From Deltaproteobacteria bacterium (GTDB lineage: Bacteria > Myxococcota_A > UBA796 > SXON01), in assembly GCA_947490345.1 (NCBI GenBank), contig CANLGL010000004.1:7147-71146 (forward strand): 64,000 nt of DNA, read 5' to 3'. The position numbers and the translations under genes were made by a program. The notes under the pieces are model-generated. The model was not told the DNA's origin, did no database searches, and saw only the letters and a program-made list of their open reading frames with translations. Position 1 is the first letter of the stretch, and each line of letters opens with the position of its first letter. Shown piece by piece: positions 17,741-26,901 of the stretch.

Positions 17741-19435
17741 ATGACGGTGTCTGCCGATCGGGCCGACGATCCCGCGGCGCTGGCGGGCGCGGCCGAGGCG
17801 TTGCCGCTGGCCGCACGCGGCCTCATGGACCTGTTGCTGCTCGTAGGCGAGCCGGGCGAGCCGATCCCGGAGCGCCTTCGCGAGCGAATCGCCAAAGAAG
17901 GCGGGCCGCTGTGGGCCGGTGCGCTGCTGTTGCCACGAGCCTCTTCCTGGACGGAGGGGGGGCTGCACCCTCAGCACTACGCCGGTTCGTGTCGGCTGAA
18001 CCCCGGGCTGCGGGGGCTGGGTTTCTCGCTTGCCGCCGAGACCTACGAATCACCGCCCAGCTTCCCTCCCGCCGAGGTCAAGTGGGACGCCGTCGTCGTG
18101 GCGGCTGCACTCGAAACGATGCCAGCAGCGCTGACGCAGGATGGCAGCATCCGCCGTGACGTGGAGCGTCGCCTGTACAGCCAACTCGGCGACGACGACC
18201 ACCGTTGGTCGCTGGCGCTCCGGTTCGCGCGCGCCGCGGGTCTGGTACGGCCGGGAAACGGGAAGCTCCACGGCTACCCCGAGGCACATCCGCGCCCGCT
18301 CGCCGACGTGTCGGTCCTCCTCCAGGGCGGGGTGCCGACGGCCGCCGCCACGCTGGTGCTTCGCCTGACGACTGACGCGTGGACCCCTGTCTCCTGGCTC
18401 ATCGCGCTGCTCAAGGGCACCGGTCGGGAAGCCTTCTACTCACCCGTTGCTGACGGGTACCCAGCGCGAAGCGAGTACTTCAACGACGACGGCTTTGACC
18501 GCGTGGAGCTGCCCGCCGTGCGCTTGGCGCTCGACGTGCTCCATCGCGCCGGCGCGATCGACACCGTTCGGGACCACGAAGCGGTTGTCGCGTTCCGCCG
18601 GCCGACCGTGCGCCCTCGCGGTCAGGGCGGCTTCATGCTGACTCCCGACGGGGACGTCCTTTGTCACGTCGCCGAGCTGCGTCTGGAGGACTACCGGCGG
18701 CTCGCGCGCCTCGCGCCCTTTGTGGAGGGGGATGCGCTACGGCGGCATCGCCTCAGCCGCGAAGGCATAAGTGCGGAGCTGGCGGCCGGTCACCGCGACA
18801 CCCTGGACTACCTCGCGGAGCACAGCCGCACTGGGGTCCCCGCCAACCTCCAAGATCAGGTGCGCGAGTGGCAGCGCTCCGCCACCCGACTCTCCATTCT
18901 GACCGGCGTGGACATCGTAGAAGAGGAAAGCGGACGCCTTCGCGTGGCGATGCCGGGAGAGCTGGGGAGGGTGATCGACTACACGACAAAGCCGCGCGCA
19001 CGCTTCGTCGCCATGCACGGCAAGCTCTACGTGCCCGACGGCTGGGACCCCCTGGACGTCCGGGTCACGCTGGCGCGAGTGGCCCGCCCGGTCGGCAGGG
19101 AGGGCGAGGCGTGGGTTTACGAGCCGGAGCTCCGCCCGCAGGCCAGCCCGCAGCTCCTCCTGACCCGGCTGCGCGAGTACCACGGGGGCGACCTCCCGGG
19201 TGATCTGGAGACCATCGTGCTGGCCGGGGCCGGCGTGCCTCCGGTCCTGGCGATCGAGGCCGTGCTCGTGCGTCTGCCGGCCGAAGTGGCGGACGCCGTC
19301 CGTCGCGATCGCATCGCCGGCCCGATGCTTCGGCGATCGGTGTCGGCCACGGAGTGTGTGGTCCCCCGCGACCAACTGACCGCCCTCCGCGAGCGCCTTG
19401 CGGAGCTCGGCGTCCTATGGGAGGGCGTGGAGTAG
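17741..19435 (+). CDS. Helicase-associated (Helicase_C_3-like) domain protein
   Basis: ATG at 17741. RRHRLSREGISAELAAGHRDTLDYLAEHSRTGVPANLQDQVREWQR resembles, from memory, the C-terminal region of XPB-partner proteins. The upstream part of listed ORF 17138.. overlaps cotH out of frame. Confidence 0.5.
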   Translation: MTVSADRADDPAALAGAAEALPLAARGLMDLLLLVGEPGEPIPERLRERIAKEGGPLWAGALLLPRASSWTEGGLHPQHYAGSCRLNPGLRGLGFSLAAETYESPPSFPPAEVKWDAVVVAAALETMPAALTQDGSIRRDVERRLYSQLGDDDHRWSLALRFARAAGLVRPGNGKLHGYPEAHPRPLADVSVLLQGGVPTAAATLVLRLTTDAWTPVSWLIALLKGTGREAFYSPVADGYPARSEYFNDDGFDRVELPAVRLALDVLHRAGAIDTVRDHEAVVAFRRPTVRPRGQGGFMLTPDGDVLCHVAELRLEDYRRLARLAPFVEGDALRRHRLSREGISAELAAGHRDTLDYLAEHSRTGVPANLQDQVREWQRSATRLSILTGVDIVEEESGRLRVAMPGELGRVIDYTTKPRARFVAMHGKLYVPDGWDPLDVRVTLARVARPVGREGEAWVYEPELRPQASPQLLLTRLREYHGGDLPGDLETIVLAGAGVPPVLAIEAVLVRLPAEVADAVRRDRIAGPMLRRSVSATECVVPRDQLTALRERLAELGVLWEGVE

Positions 19436-19437
19436 GC

Positions 19438-20682
19438 CTACAGGTAGTAATCTGCCAGCAGGTCGACGCCGCCGGCGTAGAAGCCCCAGTAGTTGGCTGC
19501 GTAGGGGTAGACGGCGCCAACGCCGGCATCGATGCGCCCGCCACCTTGTTCGGTCTGGGGCTTGCGCGCGTTGAACTTGATGCCGAAGGTCGTGGTGAAG
19601 AAGCGGAAGCTGTCTTCCACGTCCGGATGCGCCAGGTACTTGGCATCCCAACTCCACTCCCAGAAAAGCCCGATCACCTCGTTCGGGCGGTACTCGCCGT
19701 GCAGGCCGGCGTTCCAGCGGATGTCCGAATCGTCGCGCGCCTCGAAGTCGGCGCTGACCTGAACGGAGAGGTCCAACCCGTTCCCGACGCGAATGCGCTG
19801 CCCGAACCCGATCATCGGCCGGAAGGCCACGAACGTAGGCGTTGCGTTGAGCTTGATGTCCAAGCCGCCGGTCAGGAGCGTCCCGGTGCGGGAGGACTTC
19901 AGGAGCGCGTACTTCACGCCGGGCTGGATCACCGCCCCGGCAAAATCTCGGCCGAGCAGCAGATGCGCGCTCATCTGCCGAAGGAACGCATACTCCGCGT
20001 CGATCTTGCCGCCGAACCAACTGGGAAAGCCCCATTGGATGCCGCCCGAGATCCGCGAGCGCGTGTCGATGGACGACAATGAGAACGGAACCGCGAAGTT
20101 CAGTTCACGCTGGACGGCGTCCAGGCTACGATCCCCCTTGTCGCTGTCGGGAACCCGATCGCCGAACATGATGGCGCTGAGCTCGTCCTGCCGCTCCTCG
20201 ATGCGTTTGAGGAAGAGCGTTTTCGGGTACTTGCGCACGTATTCCTCCCAAACGAGGCTCTCTTCGTCGGGAGTCATGTCCTTGCACTTCTTCTGGGTGT
20301 CCCGGTAGAGCTGGGCGGTGTCTTCGCCCGGCTGGCGAGGCTTCACCGAGTCCTGGCCGTCGTCCTCCGTGAACTTGATGTCGTCCTCGTCCACATTGTC
20401 GTCGTTGAAGTCGAGCTCGTCCTCTTCTTTTTCAGGAGCCTCGTCTTCAACCCGCTTGGGGGCGGGCGTCGTCTCCGGGGGCTCTTCCTTGAAGTCGCTC
20501 TCGTCGACGCCCAGACCCTCGTCCATGGGGATGTCATCGTCGTCGGTGGCGGCGGCCTTCTTCTTCTTCTCCGCCTTCTTCTTGGCCGCTTCGTCGGCCG
20601 TGTCCTTGTCGTCATCGCCGGCCAAGACCGGAGAAGGGACGAGCAGGGCAAAGACGGCGCACAAGAGAGACAGTCGACGCAT
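19438..20682 (-). CDS. Secreted protein with acidic/Lys-rich low-complexity N-region and probable C-terminal beta-barrel
   Basis: Signal peptide MRRLSLLCAVFALLVPSPVLAG, then a D/E/K-rich stretch of about 110 aa. The C-terminal half has alternating hydrophobic pattern and ends aromatic (ADYYL). Confidence 0.6.
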   Translation of the reverse strand: MRRLSLLCAVFALLVPSPVLAGDDDKDTADEAAKKKAEKKKKAAATDDDDIPMDEGLGVDESDFKEEPPETTPAPKRVEDEAPEKEEDELDFNDDNVDEDDIKFTEDDGQDSVKPRQPGEDTAQLYRDTQKKCKDMTPDEESLVWEEYVRKYPKTLFLKRIEERQDELSAIMFGDRVPDSDKGDRSLDAVQRELNFAVPFSLSSIDTRSRISGGIQWGFPSWFGGKIDAEYAFLRQMSAHLLLGRDFAGAVIQPGVKYALLKSSRTGTLLTGGLDIKLNATPTFVAFRPMIGFGQRIRVGNGLDLSVQVSADFEARDDSDIRWNAGLHGEYRPNEVIGLFWEWSWDAKYLAHPDVEDSFRFFTTTFGIKFNARKPQTEQGGGRIDAGVGAVYPYAANYWGFYAGGVDLLADYYL

Positions 20683-20761
20683 CGGGCTCACAGGAGGGAG
20701 GCGGAGGATAATACGCCGGGCCAGCATCCGCGAAGGGTGAGGCACCGGCGCGGGCGGGGGT

Positions 20762-21406
20762 TTGGTGGGCGGACGGGCAGAACCAGATGAGAGCGCGCTC
20801 GCGGAGGCCGCGGAGGCCGTGCGTGCCTACCTGGTGTGCGCCCGGGGAGGCGCTCCGCTTTTGTCCAGCGCGGACGCCCGGCAGCTCCGCGATTGGCTCG
20901 TGCGCGGAGTCCGTGTGGGCGCAATCGTCCGCGCGATCGACCGCGTGGCCAAGGACCGATTGGCACGGCGGGTGCGCACGCCGCTGTCGCTGCGGAGCTG
21001 CCGAGCCGAGGTCGAAAAACAGCAAAAGCACGCGGGGGCGTGGGTTCGCGCCGGGGGTACGTCGCGCGTGACTTCGGTTCCCGCCGAGCCTCACTTCGCC
21101 GAGGTTGACGCGCTCTCTCGGCGCGCCGAGGCGGAGATCGCCGGCCTGAGCACGAGTGACCCCGAACGGCGAGCGCTCGACGCGTGCGTGCGCGCCGTGC
21201 GTTTTTTCGAGGAGGCCTGGGAGCGCGGTCCGCGGGAGCTGCTGCTCGCCGAGGCCGACCGCGACCTCGCCGATTCTCGCGCTCTGTACGACGAGGCCGA
21301 ATGGGAGCAGATGCGCGAGTGTTTCGCGCGCGATCGGCTCCGCCAGCGTTATCCGACCCTCACCGCCACCCACATCTGGCAGGAGCGCGCGCTTGGAGTG
21401 GACTGA
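20762..21406 (+). CDS. Hypothetical protein, partner of the DnaC/IstB-like ATPase
   Basis: High GC3 ORF with TTG/GTG start near 20762-20765. It overlaps the next gene. No motif recognised. Confidence 0.45.
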   Translation: MVGGRAEPDESALAEAAEAVRAYLVCARGGAPLLSSADARQLRDWLVRGVRVGAIVRAIDRVAKDRLARRVRTPLSLRSCRAEVEKQQKHAGAWVRAGGTSRVTSVPAEPHFAEVDALSRRAEAEIAGLSTSDPERRALDACVRAVRFFEEAWERGPRELLLAEADRDLADSRALYDEAEWEQMRECFARDRLRQRYPTLTATHIWQERALGVD

Positions 21407-22184
21407 GGGCTATACGGTCGCCGAATCGGGGGGTCTGGCCGTCGCCACGGCCAAAGCCGGGGCACCGTGCCCGTTCTGCGAGGGCCAGGGCCGGCGCTCG
21501 CTGGCTGTCGAGGGCGTCACGCGCGTGTACCGCTGTCGGTGCCAGAAAGTGCCCGACCGTTGCGCGCTCTTCGACGCGGTGCAGCTTCCGGCGCGGCATG
21601 CCTCGTGCACCATGGAGTCCTTCAAGGCAGAATTGGCCCGACCCACTTGGGTGGCCGTCCGCCGTTGGCTCGACGCGTTCCACGGCCGGGGAGACCAGCA
21701 GGGCCTGGTGATCAGCGGCGAGCCCGGGCGCGGAAAAACCCACCTGCTCGCCGCAGCCGCCAGAGAAATCACCTTCCGCTATGGCGTCGGCGTGCGGTTC
21801 GTGGAGTTCTCCCATCTGGTCGCCAACATCCGCGAGGGGTACGACCGCCACATCGGGGAGGCACGCCTGCTCGGGCCGCTCGTGCACGTCCCCTGCCTCG
21901 CCATCGACGAGCTGGGAAAGGGCCGCGGCTCGGACTTCGAGACGACGATCCTCGATGAAATCGTCAGCCGCCGCTACAACGCCCACGCCGGGCCACTCTT
22001 GGCGACCACCAACTTCCCCCTGCGCGCGGCGCGGCCCCGTCGGGACAACGACTCGCTCAGCACCAACACCCTGCCCACCCTCGCCGAGCGCCTCGGCGAC
22101 CGGGTGTGGAGCCGGCTGCAGGAGTCCTGCGTCTTCGTGGATGCCGTCGGGGACGACTTTCGGATCACCCGCGGAAGGGGATGA
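21393..22184 (+). CDS. DnaC/IstB-like AAA+ ATPase with N-terminal zinc ribbon
   Basis: CPFCEG...CRC zinc ribbon, Walker A GEPGRGKTHL and Walker B CLAIDELGKG. The start is uncertain (TTG 21393 is the first in-frame start near the upstream stop). Confidence 0.65.
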   Translation: MEWTEGYTVAESGGLAVATAKAGAPCPFCEGQGRRSLAVEGVTRVYRCRCQKVPDRCALFDAVQLPARHASCTMESFKAELARPTWVAVRRWLDAFHGRGDQQGLVISGEPGRGKTHLLAAAAREITFRYGVGVRFVEFSHLVANIREGYDRHIGEARLLGPLVHVPCLAIDELGKGRGSDFETTILDEIVSRRYNAHAGPLLATTNFPLRAARPRRDNDSLSTNTLPTLAERLGDRVWSRLQESCVFVDAVGDDFRITRGRG

Positions 22185-25128
22185 CACCCGGTAGGGGCTG
22201 CGTGTCGATGTCCTTGCTGCCCTTCTTCGCGTCGTAGTCCCCGATCTTCAGCCGCCGGTCTCGCATATCCTCGGCCCGGCGGCGGCTGAGCGCTCGTTTG
22301 GGATCGGCCTGGAGCGCCGCGCGGAACGCCACATACGCGGCCTCCCAGTCGTGCTCGGCTGCCGCGGCCACGCCGGTGACGTCCAGCGCCAAGCCCAGCG
22401 GCACCCCTACGACCGCGATGCCAGCGTGCTTCGGGGACAAGAACCGCGCGTCGGCCAACACCGCGGCAGCGGCTACCTGATCGGTCATCGCGGTGGCCCG
22501 AGCGACCAGACAGGCGACCACGGCACCCAGCCCCGCGGTCTCGTTCTCCTTCCTCCATTCCGCGGTGTGGACCGCGTGGCGTTTGGCGTTGCGCCATTGA
22601 CGCTGACCGGACTCACAGTCCCCGGCCGATGCCGCTGTGACGGCGCTGACAAGGACCCGATCGGCCTCTGCCAGTGCCTCCTTGCTCCCGACGATCCTCA
22701 CCGTCTCGGTCAGCAGAACCTCGCCCTGCATGTACACCGCGGGCCCTGCGGCCGGCGCGACCGCGGCGGACTCCATCACGGGGACCACCGGCGCCGCCTC
22801 CGGCACCAAGTCGTCCTCGCCCCACAGCGGCGCACCTCCGGGTCCGGCCCCCTCGACAGGGAGCACCGCGCCGGTCTTGCTGTCGAGCACGACCAGCCCA
22901 ACCTGGTACTCACCCTCGCCCAACGACCGCGGCAGCTCGACGCTCCAGTTGCCCTTGACCTCCTCCCACGCCTGCCAACGATCGGCCTCATACCATCCAT
23001 AGCCAGGAGCGACCTCCCCGCTCCACGCGACCTTGCCCTCTCTGGCCAGGAAAAGGACCACCCGAATCGCGCCCTCGCGCTTTGCGCTGCGCCATGACGT
23101 CTCCACGAAGAGCTCGCCATTCTTGGCGACGACTGGCGCCGGGAGAGCCCAATGCTCCATGCGGACGCCCGAGGCGAAGCGCACCTGCCGGGTGGCATCG
23201 GTGGTGAGAAGGTCGGTGGCGATCAGGTCCTTGCGAACGTGATTTCCCACGTGGAGAGAGCGTTTTCCGGTCGGATACCCCGGAATTTCCAGGTACTGCT
23301 CCTTCCACTCCGGGTGCGACGCCACCTTCAGCGTGCCGGCCCAACTGCCGTGGGCGTGCGCGAAACTCGGACGCACCTCCTCGAAAAGGTATTCCCTCAC
23401 GAAGGCCTTCTCGTAGTCGTGCTGCGCCATCGGCACGTCCACCAGACCGGCGATGTCGGCGATGAACCAATCGCTCCACCACAGGTGAGCGCCCATGTCC
23501 ACGTCCAGGAGCGTTGGCCGGTCGAGGTCAAGCCGGTTCTGGACCCAACGCATGTACTCAACGCGGCGATGCACGTCGCGTGGGGCCGTCTCCGGACGCA
23601 GCACGAACGTGGACGCCCAGCCGATGTTCGCGACCATGATCGCGACCACGGGCACAAGCACGTAGATCGGGCCCAAGCGCACGCGACGGGTCAGGCGATC
23701 GAGCGCACCCGGAAGCAACTCGCCGAGGGTGACTGCGCCAACCGCCAGCAGCACGAACTGCGGGATGCTGGTGAGGCTGTACCAGCGGTACGCCTTCATC
23801 CAATCGCCCGTGGCGAGGATGGTGTAGAAAAGTCCGAAGCTGTAGCAGCACCACAACACCCCTCGCGTCAGCCAGCCGGGCTGCCCGAAGGCCAGGGCGC
23901 CGATGATCGCGGCACCGGCAGCGAGAACTCCAACCCGAATCGCACTCCAGTGCGAGCCGATCCAGCCGGTCGCCTTACCCTTGAGTCGGGAGAGCGTGAA
24001 GCTCTCGTATTCGTTGTTGGTGAGGCCGGGAACGATGCACAACAGCCCTACAAGCAAGGCGGCGCCCACTAGAAGCGGGACATGCCGGCTCGGAACGAAC
24101 AGGGCCGCGATCAAGAGCGGCAAGGTGGCCAAAAAGGCGATCTGGTACGACCCGAGCACCAGCTTTCCGTCCCACCCCGCCGCCGCGGTCATCAGCACCA
24201 GGACCGTCAGCACCGCCCACTTTCGCCACCGGGAGACCCCGGTCACCGCCACCGCGATGAGCGGCGTCACCCACAAGATGCCGTAATTCCAGGTGTACTC
24301 GCGCATCTGCTTCCACCCGAGCTGATTCCAGTTCGTCGGGTCGAAGTTCTTCTTTTTGGCGTACCAGGTGTTGGGCCACTCCCACGCGAAGGTGTCCCAG
24401 CGCCAGGCGAAGTAGCCGGAATAGGGGACCGCAAAGGCCAGGACCCACCACACCCATGCCTTCCACTGCCCGTGCCACACCGCGCCGATCGTGCGCGCCA
24501 GCAAGCCGATGCCGGCGTAGGCAAGTCCATCGGGACGCGTGATCGTCAAGAGCATGAACGCAATCGCGCTGTATGGCCGCGGATCGTCCTCTTCCACCTC
24601 GACGATCACCCGGTACAGCCCGGCGCCGAGCAGCATGCAGAAAAGCGAGTTCTCCAACCCGGACGCGTTCCATAGCGTAAACTGGACCGAGGCGCCGAGC
24701 AGGAAAGGAACCAGGACGGCCGCCCATTTCTGGCGCTCCGGCAACGCCCGCCGCGCGATTCCCCAGGCAAAAAGCTGAGCCACACACCCGAAAACCGCGC
24801 CCATGATCTTGGCCGACGTCCACGGCGTGACGCCGATCAGGTAGAAGAACCCCAGGAGAAAGGTCCATAGTGGGTTGCTGTAGCCCTCGACATGCTCACC
24901 GCCGACGTACGGCACCAGTCCGTAGCCATCCACCCAGTTGCGCGCGTAGGCGAAGCTGATCGCCGCGTCCTCGATCCACCAGGGCTGCGGCAGGCAGTAC
25001 ACGAGGTAGTGGCCCACGTGCAGCGCCAGCGCCATCACCACAAAGGACAATTGCAGGCCGAAACCAGCCGGTTTGGTCGCGAGCCAAGCTGCAAAACGAG
25101 CGCGGAGTCTGCCTAAGAACGGTCGCAT
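22165..25128 (-). CDS. Large (987 aa) polytopic membrane protein, GT-C/ArnT-like N-terminal domain (inferred) plus large C-terminal soluble region
   Basis: More than 10 hydrophobic segments in the first 500 aa or so, with WIEDAAISFAYARN in the first loop. It starts 12 nt after the pspA stop. Confidence 0.6.
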   Translation of the reverse strand: MRPFLGRLRARFAAWLATKPAGFGLQLSFVVMALALHVGHYLVYCLPQPWWIEDAAISFAYARNWVDGYGLVPYVGGEHVEGYSNPLWTFLLGFFYLIGVTPWTSAKIMGAVFGCVAQLFAWGIARRALPERQKWAAVLVPFLLGASVQFTLWNASGLENSLFCMLLGAGLYRVIVEVEEDDPRPYSAIAFMLLTITRPDGLAYAGIGLLARTIGAVWHGQWKAWVWWVLAFAVPYSGYFAWRWDTFAWEWPNTWYAKKKNFDPTNWNQLGWKQMREYTWNYGILWVTPLIAVAVTGVSRWRKWAVLTVLVLMTAAAGWDGKLVLGSYQIAFLATLPLLIAALFVPSRHVPLLVGAALLVGLLCIVPGLTNNEYESFTLSRLKGKATGWIGSHWSAIRVGVLAAGAAIIGALAFGQPGWLTRGVLWCCYSFGLFYTILATGDWMKAYRWYSLTSIPQFVLLAVGAVTLGELLPGALDRLTRRVRLGPIYVLVPVVAIMVANIGWASTFVLRPETAPRDVHRRVEYMRWVQNRLDLDRPTLLDVDMGAHLWWSDWFIADIAGLVDVPMAQHDYEKAFVREYLFEEVRPSFAHAHGSWAGTLKVASHPEWKEQYLEIPGYPTGKRSLHVGNHVRKDLIATDLLTTDATRQVRFASGVRMEHWALPAPVVAKNGELFVETSWRSAKREGAIRVVLFLAREGKVAWSGEVAPGYGWYEADRWQAWEEVKGNWSVELPRSLGEGEYQVGLVVLDSKTGAVLPVEGAGPGGAPLWGEDDLVPEAAPVVPVMESAAVAPAAGPAVYMQGEVLLTETVRIVGSKEALAEADRVLVSAVTAASAGDCESGQRQWRNAKRHAVHTAEWRKENETAGLGAVVACLVARATAMTDQVAAAAVLADARFLSPKHAGIAVVGVPLGLALDVTGVAAAAEHDWEAAYVAFRAALQADPKRALSRRRAEDMRDRRLKIGDYDAKKGSKDIDTQPLPGVIPFRG

Positions 25129-25140
25129 GATCCAGCGAGC

Positions 25141-25869
25141 CTAGAGCGTCTTTTTCGAAGCCGCGCCCTCGGCTACCACGGCACCCGCCGCTTGCTTCGC
25201 CGCGTGCATCTTCTTCAGCTCTTCCAACTGCGACTTCGCCTGGGTGTCCCCGGTTTTTACCCGGATCGCCTTGAGCCGCTCGTCGAGGCTGTTTTCCTTG
25301 AGCTCGCTGGATACATCCGCCTCGGCACCCAGCTTCTCGATGTGCTCCCGCACATTCTCGAGGGCCTTAATGTCCGCATCCGTCGACAGTCCGTCCAGGG
25401 AGCCCTGAATCTTGATGCGCGCTTCGGCGGTGGCCTTCTTGGCGAGCATCTGGTCGCGTTCACGCTTGAGTTTTTCGATCTCGCCCTGGAAGGACAGCAG
25501 GCTGCCCTTCGCCTCTTCGGCCTGCTCGGAGATCTTCGCGAGCTCCGCCGTCAAGTCCGCCAACGCCTTGTCCAGCTCGTTCTTCTTTTGGAGCAGAAGC
25601 AGCGCGACCTCGTCGTCACCGGATTCGATGGCCACCGGGAGCTGAGCGTTGACGTCGGCGAGCTCCTTGGTCTTCTGCTCCCGCTCCGACTCCAGCTTGT
25701 TGCGCAGGTACACGATGCCGGCGACCGCCTTCTTCAGCTCGCCATGCTGCTTGATGCGCCCCTGGATGGCCGCCTCGTAGACCGCCTCGGGATTCGACTT
25801 CTCCGCCGTGCCCACGAGATTGCTGAAGAACCCGGAGATGACGTTGATGATGCGATCGAAGATACCCAT
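25141..25869 (-). CDS. pspA: PspA/IM30 (Vipp1) family protein
   Basis: MGIFDRIINVISG N-terminus and a long coiled-coil with PspA-like heptads (KAVAGIVYLRNKLESE...). Confidence 0.85.
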   Translation of the reverse strand: MGIFDRIINVISGFFSNLVGTAEKSNPEAVYEAAIQGRIKQHGELKKAVAGIVYLRNKLESEREQKTKELADVNAQLPVAIESGDDEVALLLLQKKNELDKALADLTAELAKISEQAEEAKGSLLSFQGEIEKLKRERDQMLAKKATAEARIKIQGSLDGLSTDADIKALENVREHIEKLGAEADVSSELKENSLDERLKAIRVKTGDTQAKSQLEELKKMHAAKQAAGAVVAEGAASKKTL

Positions 25870-25968
25870 GCGGAACCTGCCTTGCCGAGCGCCCTATCAC
25901 AGAGGCCGTGATACCGCAGCGCGAATGCTGCTCCTCCCCGCGGACACCAGGGCCATCCCCGAGGCCCT

Positions 25969-26901
25969 GTGGGCGACGCGCCGGACCCGGGTATGACGGC
26001 AGGCCGAGGCCCCAGCGCGTCGCGGTCCCCCGCCGAAACACTTGGCGGCCATCTCGACACGTTGGCCGCCACCGTCGACCTCGGCGCCCGCGTGGCCGAC
26101 GATCCTCTCCGCTTCCCGCAGCGCTACCACAACCCCGAGGACATCGAGGTCGCCGGCGCCTTCGCCGCGTGCCTCGCCTTCGGGCGCGTCACGCTGTTCG
26201 CGCCGATCATCTCCGCCTGCCTGGACGAGGCCGACCAGCATGGCGGACCCGCCGCCTACGCTGCCAGCCTGGGCGGCGCTCCCACCCGCCTCGCCTTCAC
26301 CGGCCGCTACTACCGTTGGCTCGACGACGCCGATCTCCGCGGCCTGTTTGCCACCCTCGGCCGCGCGTGCGCCCGCCACGGCTCCCTCGCGGCGTGTTTC
26401 GTGGCCGGGAGCGCGGCCCAGACGCTGGAAGGGGGCATCAACCTCCTTCGCAGTGAGCTCCCCGACGACGCCTCCCGTGCGCTCCGCTCCCTGTTCTGTC
26501 GACCCTCCGACGGCTCTGCGTGCAAGCGCTGGTGCATGTTCTTGCGTTGGATGGTTCGTCGTGGGGCGCCCGACTTCGGCCTGTGGACCCACCTGGACCC
26601 TGCGCAGCTGGTCATCCCGCTGGACACCCACGTCTTCCGCGTGGCCGGCTTTCTCGGGCTCATTGAGGGGCGCACCCCCAACTGGCGCGCTGCCGTGTGC
26701 CTCACCGAGGCGCTGCGTCGCTTCGATTCCGCCGACCCGGTGCGCTATGACTTCGCGCTCGCGCACCTCGGCATCAGCGGCGCGTGCCGCGGACATCGTG
26801 ACGCAGAGGTGTGCGCCACGTGCCCGCTCGACCCGATCTGCCAGGCGCCGGCCGCGGCTACTTCCGCCGACGCGTCGCCGCGATCGCCGCGAAGGCGCTG
26901 A
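25969..26901 (+). CDS. TIGR02757 / DUF2400 family protein (HhH-GPD-like)
   Basis: DPLRFPQRY, AFGRV, DGSACKRWCMFLRWMVR and IPLDTHVFRVAG motifs. Start uncertain. Confidence 0.7.
   Translation: MGDAPDPGMTAGRGPSASRSPAETLGGHLDTLAATVDLGARVADDPLRFPQRYHNPEDIEVAGAFAACLAFGRVTLFAPIISACLDEADQHGGPAAYAASLGGAPTRLAFTGRYYRWLDDADLRGLFATLGRACARHGSLAACFVAGSAAQTLEGGINLLRSELPDDASRALRSLFCRPSDGSACKRWCMFLRWMVRRGAPDFGLWTHLDPAQLVIPLDTHVFRVAGFLGLIEGRTPNWRAAVCLTEALRRFDSADPVRYDFALAHLGISGACRGHRDAEVCATCPLDPICQAPAAATSADASPRSPRRR

Noticed and set aside
21393-22184. An IS21-type insertion sequence (IstB-like ATPase).
   Set aside because: No IstA transposase, no terminal inverted repeats and no target duplication are visible. 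The upstream gene is not transposase-like.
25895-25913. TATCAC-7 nt-GTGATA inverted repeat upstream of pspA as a PspF/sigma-54 type control site.
   Set aside because: No GG-N10-GC sigma-54 promoter could be found in the spacer, and no pspF-like gene is in the window. The repeat is short.
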